Below are positions 10,015 to 17,786 of a stretch of DNA of 53,764 bases, in pieces. Source of the DNA: Pyrinomonadaceae bacterium (GTDB lineage: Bacteria > Acidobacteriota > Blastocatellia > Pyrinomonadales > Pyrinomonadaceae); NCBI GenBank assembly GCA_025923035.1, contig JAICGQ010000001.1, positions 1 to 53,764 of the forward strand, written 5' to 3'. A model generated the notes under the pieces. The model was given only the letters and a program-made list of their open reading frames with translations. It ran no database searches and was not told where the DNA came from. Made by a program: the position numbers and the translations under genes. Each line of letters begins with the position of its first letter. The stretch's first letter is position 1.

Positions 10015-11463
10015 ATGGCACAAAGTACAACCGCGACAGCTCCGGCAGCGTCCACCAAACCCACCAAACCTCGTTACGATCGATCGATCGTTGAAGGCCC
10101 GCTGCGTCCGGCGATTTGGAAGATCGCCTGGCCGTCGATGCTGACGAACGTCATCGGCGGCTTACAGGGAATCGTCGATCACGCGCTGGTGGGCCGTCTC
10201 GTCGGGTTTCAAGGAAACGCCGCGATTGGCGTGAGCTGGCAGATTTTCCTCGTCGTGATTGTGTTCATCTCGTCGTTGTTCACCGGAATGAGCGTACTCG
10301 TCGCACGCTTCGCCGGCGCGGGTGACGAAGAAAAAGTGAACCGCACCGTTTACCAGGCGTTCCTCACAGCGATCTTCATCTCGCTCGGAGTGATGGCGCC
10401 GATCGGTTACTTCGTCTCGCCGCTGTTACTCAAGCTGGTGAACGCAGCCCCTGAAGTACGCGCGGAAGCACTTCCCTTCCTTCGCATCATGTTCGTATTC
10501 AGCATCGGCATGATGATCTTCTTCATGCTCAGCGGTGCGCTTCGTTCGGCCGGCGACGCGCGCACGCCGATGATTCTCGGCATCTCCATGACGGTGCTGA
10601 ACCTCGTGCTGAACATCGTCCTCATCCGCGGCCTTGGTCCAATTCCCGCGTTTGGCACAACCGGTTCAGCGATGGGCACTTGTATCGCGTCCGGTCTCGT
10701 CGCGATTTATGCGCTGTCGAGGCTGTGGAGTGGCAAGTGGGTAGTTTCGATTCCACGCGGAGAGGGTTACGGGTTTGGTCCCGACTGGGCAATCATCAAG
10801 TCGATCTTCAAGTTTGGTCTGCCGACGGGGATTCAGGGAATCGCGATGAATATCGGCGGCGTGTTCATGCTCGCGTTCATCGGATCGCTCGCCCAAAGCG
10901 CGGCGGCACAGGCGGCGTTTACGGTCTCGTACACCGAACTGTTCTCGCTGATCACCTGGACGTCGGTTGGTTTGATGGGTGCAGCGGCGGCGGTCGCCGG
11001 GCAGAATCTTGGCGCGGGTAATCCGGATCGCGCTGACGCCGCGGTCCACCTCGCCGCACGATTCGGTTTCGCGGGCGCGGCGTTCGTCGGGTTGTTCTTC
11101 CTGTTACTTCCGCGTCAGTTACTGGCGATATTCGGTATGCACGACCCGACAGTCGTGGAGATTGGCGTACAGCTTCTACGCGTACTCAGTTTTTCCGGTC
11201 TCTTGATCTCGGTGGCACTCACGTTCACCGGCGGACTACAAGGTACGGGCGACACAAAGAGTCCACTCTATATTTCGATCATCTCGCAGATCGTCGTACC
11301 GCTCGGGTTGTGCTTTGTTATTAAACAGACCAGTACGCTCGATCCGATCGACATTTGGGCGGCCATACTCGCCGGTCACGCAACGCGCTGTGTGCTGAGT
11401 GTGGTTCGCTTCAAACAGGGTAAGTGGCGACACATCGCCGTGGACATCGGTACAAAGCGCTGA
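10015..11463 (+). CDS. MATE family efflux transporter
   Basis: 482 aa and about 12 hydrophobic segments, with an N-terminal IWKIAWPSMLTNVIGGLQGIVDHALVGRL pattern typical of MATE proteins. Confidence 0.85.
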   Translation: MAQSTTATAPAASTKPTKPRYDRSIVEGPLRPAIWKIAWPSMLTNVIGGLQGIVDHALVGRLVGFQGNAAIGVSWQIFLVVIVFISSLFTGMSVLVARFAGAGDEEKVNRTVYQAFLTAIFISLGVMAPIGYFVSPLLLKLVNAAPEVRAEALPFLRIMFVFSIGMMIFFMLSGALRSAGDARTPMILGISMTVLNLVLNIVLIRGLGPIPAFGTTGSAMGTCIASGLVAIYALSRLWSGKWVVSIPRGEGYGFGPDWAIIKSIFKFGLPTGIQGIAMNIGGVFMLAFIGSLAQSAAAQAAFTVSYTELFSLITWTSVGLMGAAAAVAGQNLGAGNPDRADAAVHLAARFGFAGAAFVGLFFLLLPRQLLAIFGMHDPTVVEIGVQLLRVLSFSGLLISVALTFTGGLQGTGDTKSPLYISIISQIVVPLGLCFVIKQTSTLDPIDIWAAILAGHATRCVLSVVRFKQGKWRHIAVDIGTKR

Positions 11464-12219
11464 TTATTTTGATTTACCCGCCAGACTCTTTTTCAATACC
11501 TGGACCAGATCGATCACTTTGCGATCCGTGTTCGCTTCGCTTTCGACCTCAACGACGTTGCTGCGTTTCTTCTCTTTCTTCTTCACCAGTTTCAGCAAAT
11601 CGTCAGTCTGCTTATCGGCGAGCTCTTTCGACGGTGAGAATTGCTTCTTCGATTTGTTCTTGATCAGCTTTTCAAACCTGGTAACTGTCGCTTTCGGAAC
11701 GTCTTTCTTCTTCGGTAAACCGATATCGGAGGGCGAGCGCAGTTCGTCGGCAAACCGCATCGTCTCGGCCCGCAGAATTCCGTTGTCAGAAAATATCGCC
11801 ACGAGATATTCCTTGCCGCGCATCACGAACGTCGCCACACCCGCCAGCTCGTTCTGGTCCATCGTCTCCGCGAGCAGCTTGTAAGCCTTTTGCGAACCTG
11901 CGGCTGGCGTCAGGAAGTAACCTCGTTCGAAATACAACGGCGGTATCGAATCCGCCGGCACGAACTGTTTGAGGTCGATGTCGCGCGTCTTTTCAGGTTG
12001 AAGTCGTTCGAGTTCCTCGTCCGTTACGACGACGTACTTGTTCTTGTCGACTTGATAACCACGCACAACCTCGTCGGCGTCGAGATCTTTCCCGGTCTTC
12101 TCAGCAAAATACTTGCGGGCCAGTGGCTGACCGTCCGGTCCCAGCATTCTCAAGGACGCGCGATTCGATCGCGCCGCGGGAAAGAGGCTCACCGGCACGC
12201 TTACGAGTCCGAACGTCAA
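11464..12219 (-). CDS. ku: Ku protein (NHEJ DNA-end-binding), paralog 2; true 5' end probably upstream of the listed TTG
   Basis: Ku core similarity (FGLVSVPVSLFPA..., YFERGYFLTP). The in-frame upstream sequence encodes the conserved Ku N-terminus RPFWSGT, but there is no ATG/GTG/TTG before the stop at 12310-12312. Confidence 0.85.
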   Translation of the reverse strand: MTFGLVSVPVSLFPAARSNRASLRMLGPDGQPLARKYFAEKTGKDLDADEVVRGYQVDKNKYVVVTDEELERLQPEKTRDIDLKQFVPADSIPPLYFERGYFLTPAAGSQKAYKLLAETMDQNELAGVATFVMRGKEYLVAIFSDNGILRAETMRFADELRSPSDIGLPKKKDVPKATVTRFEKLIKNKSKKQFSPSKELADKQTDDLLKLVKKKEKKRSNVVEVESEANTDRKVIDLVQVLKKSLAGKSK

Positions 12220-12286
12220 CGTTCCCGACCAGAATGGTCTACCGCCTGCGTTCTCCTCTTCGGGCTCTTCAGTTTTTCGTTGCGTT

Positions 12287-13072
12287 CTAGGCAGCGCGTT
12301 TTCCTTTCTTCAATGCCGCGATGCTCTTCTCCAGTGCGGAGCCGAGCGCATCCGTTCTGCGTTTTGTCTTCACCGCCTGCAGACGCGGCGCGCGTCCTCT
12401 TGCTTTCTGTTCGATAAACTTCTCGACACGCTCGCGATACTCGTCTTTGTAATCAGCCGCGTTGAAATCTCCACGCAGCATTTCAATTAGCTGCTTCGCC
12501 ATCGCCAATTCTTTCTGCGTTGGCGCTGCGCCGGTCGGCTTCGCCAGGTCATTCGCCGAGATGACTTCCTTCGCGTCGCGTAGCGTGAAGAGATACAGGT
12601 AATCGTCGATGGATCGGAGCACTCCCGCGTAATACTTGTTCCGCATCACCCAGTGCGCGATGCCCTCTTTCTCCTGATTGCTCAGAGCTTCGGCAAGGGC
12701 GAAATATTCTTTGTCGCCGTCGTCTGGTCCAAGGTAATAAGGTCGCTCGAACCACTGCTGGCTGATCTTGTCCTGGTCCACAAACTCTTCGATCTCGATG
12801 TCGCGTGACGGCGGTGGTTGCAGGGCTTCAAGATCTTCGGCGGTCAATATTACAAACCTGCCTGGCTCGATCTCATAACCTTTCCGGATTTCTTCCGTCG
12901 GAACTTCTTCGCCGGAATCGGGATCGATCATGTGCTGTTTGACGCGCATTTTGTGACGATCGTCGAGGATGTTGAAACGGACAGTGCGATCCTGGATCGC
13001 CGAATAGAGCTTGACTGGCACTTTGGTCGTGCCGATCTTCAGTTGGCCTTTCCACATCGCTCGCGCTGCCAT
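12287..13072 (-). CDS. ku: Ku protein (NHEJ DNA-end-binding), paralog 1
   Basis: MAARAMWKGQLKIGTTKVPVKLYSA N-terminus, the YEIEPGRFV and YYLGPD motifs, and a basic C-terminal tail. Confidence 0.9.
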   Translation of the reverse strand: MAARAMWKGQLKIGTTKVPVKLYSAIQDRTVRFNILDDRHKMRVKQHMIDPDSGEEVPTEEIRKGYEIEPGRFVILTAEDLEALQPPPSRDIEIEEFVDQDKISQQWFERPYYLGPDDGDKEYFALAEALSNQEKEGIAHWVMRNKYYAGVLRSIDDYLYLFTLRDAKEVISANDLAKPTGAAPTQKELAMAKQLIEMLRGDFNAADYKDEYRERVEKFIEQKARGRAPRLQAVKTKRRTDALGSALEKSIAALKKGKRAA

Positions 13073-13073
13073 C

Positions 13074-13343
13074 TCACACCGCCTCTTCCGATTCGCGCGC
13101 TGTCACACAACCGGGACAAAGCAATTCCATCGTCACCGTTTCCTGTACGCATAGTGAACAGACGGTACCATCGCAATCGAGACAGTATCCGCCCGTTTGA
13201 TATGCATACGAATGACTGCACACCGAACAAGTTTCGGTGCCGCCTTCAAACCACCACCACGGAGCAGAACCGTTCGGTTTCGCTTTAACCTTTGAACGGC
13301 TGCCGGCGCCTCCACGCGCCGATTTATTCGACTTCGACGCCAC
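13074..13343 (-). CDS. small zinc-ribbon protein (four CxxC pairs) with basic N-terminal tail
   Basis: CSVC...CLDC...CSLC...CPGC motifs. The stop codon lies 1 nt from the Ku start codon, consistent with translational coupling. GTG start. Confidence 0.6.
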   Translation of the reverse strand: MASKSNKSARGGAGSRSKVKAKPNGSAPWWWFEGGTETCSVCSHSYAYQTGGYCLDCDGTVCSLCVQETVTMELLCPGCVTARESEEAV

Positions 13344-13554
13344 GGTTTATGGCAATCCCTCGCGCCTTCATCACTAAATCATCGTCAGCGGGCTCCGCAC
13401 CGCCAAGTACCGCCTGCACATGCTCCGTCGAGCGGCCCAGCGCGACTGCCAGTTTGTCCGCATCGCCGTCGAACGCGCCATCGCACAGGTTTTGGATTAT
13501 TTCTCTAGCCTCGGCTTGATCGGTGCCTTTGTCGTCAACTTGCTGGTCGAGCAT
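13324..13554 (-). CDS. hypothetical acidic protein (76 aa)
   Basis: ATG ORF overlapping the downstream zinc-ribbon gene by 20 nt. Protein-like composition. No family recognised. Confidence 0.4.
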   Translation of the reverse strand: MLDQQVDDKGTDQAEAREIIQNLCDGAFDGDADKLAVALGRSTEHVQAVLGGAEPADDDLVMKARGIAINRGVEVE

Positions 13555-13906
13555 CGTCGTCCCTTCCCTCTGTTCTGTTCCAGATCACTTCGCTATGCGA
13601 ATTAGAAAAGTGGCAAGTGAAATGCCAAAGAGACGAATCCGGTCAGCGGCAAGCGAGATGGAATCGCGCCTCCGTGTTTTATCTACTGATCGTGCGAGGA
13701 AGGACGCAATCTATACGAGTGGGGAAAAATGACCCCGTTCTCAAACGAATTAAGATCGTGTAAGATCCCGTTCACTCCCAACCGCCCGGAACTCCTTTCA
13801 AGTTCGATCGCCCTGCACTCACATGCCCAGTTCATTTTTGTGATGACGACGCGTTCGTGCGTTGCGTCGGACCTCCCTGAACGCGGTCTAGGAGAATCTC
13901 TGTCTA

Positions 13907-14710
13907 ATGAGCCAGGAAAATCGGTCGCGCCGGGGTCGACCACGCCACGAAACTACCTCACCACTCGGACGACTGATTCTGGCGGCGATGAAACTTCTCG
14001 GACTGAGTTACAAAGACATCGTCCGCGAAAGTGAGCGACTGGCCCACGTCAATAACAATCCCGACATGCGAATCGGTAAGTCGACTCTCGGCAACATCAT
14101 CAGCGGCAGTATTCATCAACCCGGCACAGCAAAACTCGACAGTCTCACAATCATCCTGAACCTTTCGCGTACGGAGACCGACGCGGCTATCGGTCTGCAA
14201 CCGCAGCGTCGTTTGCGAGAACAATTGAAAACTCTGCGTGCACGAACTCGCGAGATCAATCCCGACGCAGTGACGCGCCATCGCAGCATCATGGTGCCGA
14301 TCCTGCGCGACGATGCAAAGCTTTCGGAGTCACAGTTTCTCGAAGGCGCGTTGCAGGAATGGACCAGTGTCGAGGTGGAATATTTGAGTTCGCTGTACCC
14401 GCCTTATCTCGGCTATGTCGTTATAGGAGAACAGGATACGAACGCAGTACCGGTTGCTCCGCCGGGCAGTCGGGTGCTGGTGAACAAGCTCCTGACGAAG
14501 GTGCTGCCGCCGGAGAACGTCAGCTTTCACGAGCGCGAGTTGTTTTATGTGCTAACGCCGCGTGGACCAACCTGCGTGTATCTCGAGTACGCGCCCGGTG
14601 ACAAGATTGTGCTGGTCCCGCATCCGCTGTCCGGCAATCTGCGCGAAGAGTTTGCGGCCAACGACGTGACCATCGTGGGCCAGGTGGTCGGGGTGCTCTA
14701 TCCGGAATGA
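13907..14710 (+). CDS. XRE-family HTH regulator with C-terminal LexA/S24-like (apparently non-catalytic) domain
   Basis: N-terminal HTH-like segment (LGLSYKDIVRESERLAHV...STLGNIISG). The C-terminal beta-rich segment ends ...VTIVGQVVGVLYPE, like CI/LexA C-terminal domains. No G-D-S-M nucleophile motif was seen. Confidence 0.6.
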   Translation: MSQENRSRRGRPRHETTSPLGRLILAAMKLLGLSYKDIVRESERLAHVNNNPDMRIGKSTLGNIISGSIHQPGTAKLDSLTIILNLSRTETDAAIGLQPQRRLREQLKTLRARTREINPDAVTRHRSIMVPILRDDAKLSESQFLEGALQEWTSVEVEYLSSLYPPYLGYVVIGEQDTNAVPVAPPGSRVLVNKLLTKVLPPENVSFHERELFYVLTPRGPTCVYLEYAPGDKIVLVPHPLSGNLREEFAANDVTIVGQVVGVLYPE

Positions 14711-14997
14711 CCGTTTTATTTGTCCGGGATGCTGAACAGAGTCGTAACGGGCGCGTGCAAGGCGTCAGTTATTCGTGGCCAATAAAAATCGTGCGGAGTC
14801 GTGTGAATATTCCCTGATGCCGTACGAAAAACTTTAACCAGCGTGGATACGCGAGCGAACGTGATAACGTGCGCCGCTTTTCAACCTCCCGTGAGTTCAT
14901 CTAGCCCGCGGCAAAATATCGGAACTCGCCCAAGTTTATTAACCTGAGTCGAAGCTGTTCTCGCGGCAACGAACAGTTCTACGTTTGGGTTTTTACC

Positions 14998-15765
14998 GTG
15001 GCGGCCGGTAGTACACTGAAGTCCCTTCGCAACAAGTGCAATATCACTGTGCGACAGGTCGAACAAGCAAGCGTCAGGATCGCCGACGCTAAAGGCGACA
15101 AGCGCTTCCGCATCTCGAATGGCTGGTTGGCCCAACTCGAAAACGGCAAATCCGAACCAAGCATCTGCAAACTTTTCACGCTAAGCGTGATCTATCACGC
15201 AAACTTTCACGACCTCGCGCGGCTTTACAAGGTCGACATCGATGAGATCGAGAGCTACGAGTCGATTGCCAATCCCGACGTCACGCAGTTGCGTCCCGAG
15301 ACGCGCGACGAAAGAGTGTTCAATGTCGCGCGCGGGTCAACGGGTCTCGTGCCGCAGCTCACAACGCCGGAAGTGAAAGAACGGTCTCACATTCGGCATG
15401 CCTACGTAGGCCTGACGGATTACATGATGTACCCATTGATCAGGCCGGGTGCGCTGGTGGAGATCGATACCACTCAGAACAGCATCCGCAACGCCGCTGC
15501 CTGGCATAACGAATTCGACCGCCCGATATTCTTCATTGAATTGCACGAGGGATACGCGTGCGGCTGGTGCGAGCTGCAGGGCAATCAACTGCTGATCCTG
15601 CCACATCACTCGTCGCCATCGAGTGTTCGCCGTTTCATTTATCCGCGAGAAGCGGAGATCTTCGGCCGTGTTGTCGGCTACACCACTCGCTGTGTCGATC
15701 CGGAACCGCACGTGCTGGAACGTGCTTCGGATTCCAAGCAGCGGTTGCGATCGTCAAGCCGGTGA
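14998..15765 (+). CDS. XRE-family HTH regulator with C-terminal degenerate S24-like domain
   Basis: HTH segment (ITVRQVEQASVRIA...ISNGWLAQLENGKSEP). The C-terminal VGLTDYMMYPLIRPGALVEID...IFGRVVGY resembles the LexA GDSM region with Tyr in place of the nucleophilic Ser. GTG start. Confidence 0.65.
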   Translation: MAAGSTLKSLRNKCNITVRQVEQASVRIADAKGDKRFRISNGWLAQLENGKSEPSICKLFTLSVIYHANFHDLARLYKVDIDEIESYESIANPDVTQLRPETRDERVFNVARGSTGLVPQLTTPEVKERSHIRHAYVGLTDYMMYPLIRPGALVEIDTTQNSIRNAAAWHNEFDRPIFFIELHEGYACGWCELQGNQLLILPHHSSPSSVRRFIYPREAEIFGRVVGYTTRCVDPEPHVLERASDSKQRLRSSSR

Positions 15766-15795
15766 CTGAATCAAAAACGATAACGAAACTCGCGT

Positions 15796-15815
15796 CTGCT
15801 TGGAATACCAAGCAG
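15796..15815. promoter_or_regulatory. operator-like palindrome, copy 1 (CTGCTTGGAATACCAAGCAG)
   Basis: Perfect 8-bp inverted repeat with a 4-bp spacer, about 70 nt upstream of the exporter ATG. Near-identical copies lie at 17547 and 17621. Confidence 0.55.
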
Positions 15816-15886
15816 ATTCACGTTTTTGTGTAGCGTGTGCCGAAATCTTCGTAGAGTCGCCGAGGTTCATAACCGGGACGAAACTG

Positions 15887-17542
15887 ATGCGACCGCAGCC
15901 GTATCGCGAACTCTCGTGGCTTGCGTCTGAAGTCAGACCATTTTTGCGTCTTCACGCCGGCAGTTACGTGTGCATTGTTGCCGGCTCGTTTCTCGTTCTT
16001 CTCGATCCACTGATCATCCGCCTCCTGATCGACGACGTAATTCCGCAGCGGCGCTTTAGTTGGCTGCCACTCGTCGCCGTCGCGCTGTTTCTTACCTACA
16101 TGGGCCGTCTTGGACTCGATGCTCTCGCGGGACTGCTGAACGTCTGCGCAGTGCAGAAGATGTCGTTTCACGCGCGCTTGAAACTGCTGCGTCATGTGCA
16201 ACGACTCTCGGCCAATTACCACGACAACACACCGGTGGGCGACACATTGCATCGTTTGCAAATCGACGTCGATCAGGCAGCGACCCTCACGGGAGAGGTG
16301 ATCCCAACGGTGTTACGAATGTTGACAATGTTCGTGGTCGTACTATCGGCAATGCTCGTTCTGAATTATCGTCTCGCGCTTGTCGTGATACCGCTGGTTC
16401 CGGTCTTCATTCTGGTCCGGCGGCGGTTTCACCATCAGCTACGGTCTGCTTCCGATTCCGTGCAGCGGGAATCGAGCAAAGTGATCGGGTTTCTCGACGA
16501 ACATCTGGCCGCGATTCTTCAGATCCAACTGCTTTCGTGCGAACAAAGAGAGGCGCGACGGTTTGCTCGTCTTTCGGCGGCCGCAGTTCGCGCGCAGGTC
16601 AAACGACGCGGCACGGAGATGTTCTTCAGCGTGGTGCTCTACTTGATTATCGTTATGGGCATCGCGAGTGTGCTGTGTTACGGCGGTTACCAGGTGATGG
16701 TGGGGACGTTAACCGCGGGAAGTCTGGTGGCGTTTTATGGCTATACGCTTCAATTGTTCTCGCCCTTGTATGGCGCGATCGAGATCTATTCGAAGTTGCA
16801 GCGCGCGGCAGCGAGTGTGCGGCGTCTTATTGAGATTGCCGATGCTGAAGTCGCCGTGAATGATAAACCGGCAGCCGTCGTTCTGCGACCGGGCACGCCT
16901 GCCGCTGTCGAGTTGAAGAATGTTTGTTTCGGTTACCACAGCGACCGACCCGTGCTGAATGCTTTGAGCATGCAGGTGAATCGCGGGGAACGAGTCGCGG
17001 TCGCCGGCAGCAGTGGCATTGGCAAAAGCACAATCGGACGGTTGGTCGCGCGACTGTACGACGCTCAGGATGGGACTGTTTTCGTCGCCGGCAGTGACAT
17101 TCGCGACATCAAACTCAAGAGCCTGCGATCGTCAGTAATTCTCGTGCCTCAGGATCCCGTTTTGTTCGATTTGACCCTGCGTGAGAATTTGCTCTATGGA
17201 AACGCAACCGCCACGGTCGACGAGCTTGAACGCGTGAGCGAGGTGGCGCAGTTGAGACAGGTGATCGACCGTCTGCCGAAAGGTTGGGACGAACCACTTG
17301 GTCCGCGCGGCAACCGCCTCTCCGGCGGCGAACGTCAACGAGTAGCGCTCGCACGCGCGCTACTGCAACGCCCGAGCGTCTTAATTCTTGACGAGTGTAC
17401 CTCCGCACTCGACGCGCTGACCGAAACACGTTTACTCGCGAGTCTGAACGACTTCCTGCACGACGTCACAACCATCATGATCTCGCATCGGCCGCTGCCG
17501 ACTAGTTGGGCCGACCGCGTCGTAAACATCGAACTCCAATAG
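15887..17542 (+). CDS. ABC transporter, fused permease/ATPase exporter (lasso-peptide D-type candidate)
   Basis: N-terminal 6-TM-type domain. Walker A GSSGIGKST, signature LSGGERQ, Walker B LILDE. ATG 15887 is preferred because the listed TTG at 15800 lies inside the palindrome. Confidence 0.85.
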   Translation: MRPQPYRELSWLASEVRPFLRLHAGSYVCIVAGSFLVLLDPLIIRLLIDDVIPQRRFSWLPLVAVALFLTYMGRLGLDALAGLLNVCAVQKMSFHARLKLLRHVQRLSANYHDNTPVGDTLHRLQIDVDQAATLTGEVIPTVLRMLTMFVVVLSAMLVLNYRLALVVIPLVPVFILVRRRFHHQLRSASDSVQRESSKVIGFLDEHLAAILQIQLLSCEQREARRFARLSAAAVRAQVKRRGTEMFFSVVLYLIIVMGIASVLCYGGYQVMVGTLTAGSLVAFYGYTLQLFSPLYGAIEIYSKLQRAAASVRRLIEIADAEVAVNDKPAAVVLRPGTPAAVELKNVCFGYHSDRPVLNALSMQVNRGERVAVAGSSGIGKSTIGRLVARLYDAQDGTVFVAGSDIRDIKLKSLRSSVILVPQDPVLFDLTLRENLLYGNATATVDELERVSEVAQLRQVIDRLPKGWDEPLGPRGNRLSGGERQRVALARALLQRPSVLILDECTSALDALTETRLLASLNDFLHDVTTIMISHRPLPTSWADRVVNIELQ

Positions 17543-17546
17543 CACC

Positions 17547-17568
17547 TTGCTTGGAATTACAAGCAAGC
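17547..17568. promoter_or_regulatory. operator-like palindrome, copy 2 (CTTGCTTGGAATTACAAGCAAG)
   Basis: 8-bp inverted repeat with a 6-bp spacer. It shares the GCTTGGAAT...AAGCA core with copies 1 and 3 and starts 5 nt after the exporter stop codon. Confidence 0.5.
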
Positions 17569-17620
17569 GCACTCACTTCTCGACGACACGATGGTCCGGA
17601 ATGCCCAGAAAAATCGAAGT

Positions 17621-17640
17621 CGCTTGGAATACTAAGCAGA
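17621..17640. promoter_or_regulatory. operator-like palindrome, copy 3 (TCGCTTGGAATACTAAGCAG)
   Basis: Matches copy 1 at 17 of 18 positions across the core GCTTGGAATAC[C/T]AAGCAG. It lies about 150 nt upstream of the first cyclase ATG. Confidence 0.5.
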
Positions 17641-17786
17641 GCGAAATTTTTTTCACCCGCTTCTTGTAACACGCGTACAGTGTCGCGCGAATCGTCAACC
17701 AATCGGTTGTGCGCGGCGTCAGGCTTTCCCCCAAAGCTCACGAACAAACCTACAGAGTTTCAACTGAACGCTTCGGATTAACGTCG

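Noticed and set aside
15800-15886. N-terminal extensions in the ORF track. Affected starts: 15800 for the ABC exporter, 17709 and 20162 for the cyclases, 40989 for the VOC gene, 45215 for the kinase, 2871 for the secreted protein, and 32420 for the S24-like gene.
   Set aside because: The extensions begin at rare start codons, or run through upstream genes or the operator palindromes. They lack an RBS and encode Arg-rich sequence. Internal ATGs with Shine-Dalgarno-like sequences give N-termini typical of each family.
17547-17568. Palindrome copy 2 as a simple transcription terminator for the ABC exporter gene.
   Set aside because: It has only an 8-bp stem and no U-tract. The same core sequence also occurs upstream of the exporter (15796) and again 75 nt later (17621), which fits protein-binding sites better. 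A dual role is not excluded.
17591-17635. A 14-codon ORF (MVRNAQKNRSRLEY) in the exporter-cyclase spacer, considered as a possible third precursor.
   Set aside because: It has no RBS and no similarity to A1 or A2. It has no Gly/acidic ring-forming pattern, and it overlaps operator copy 3.
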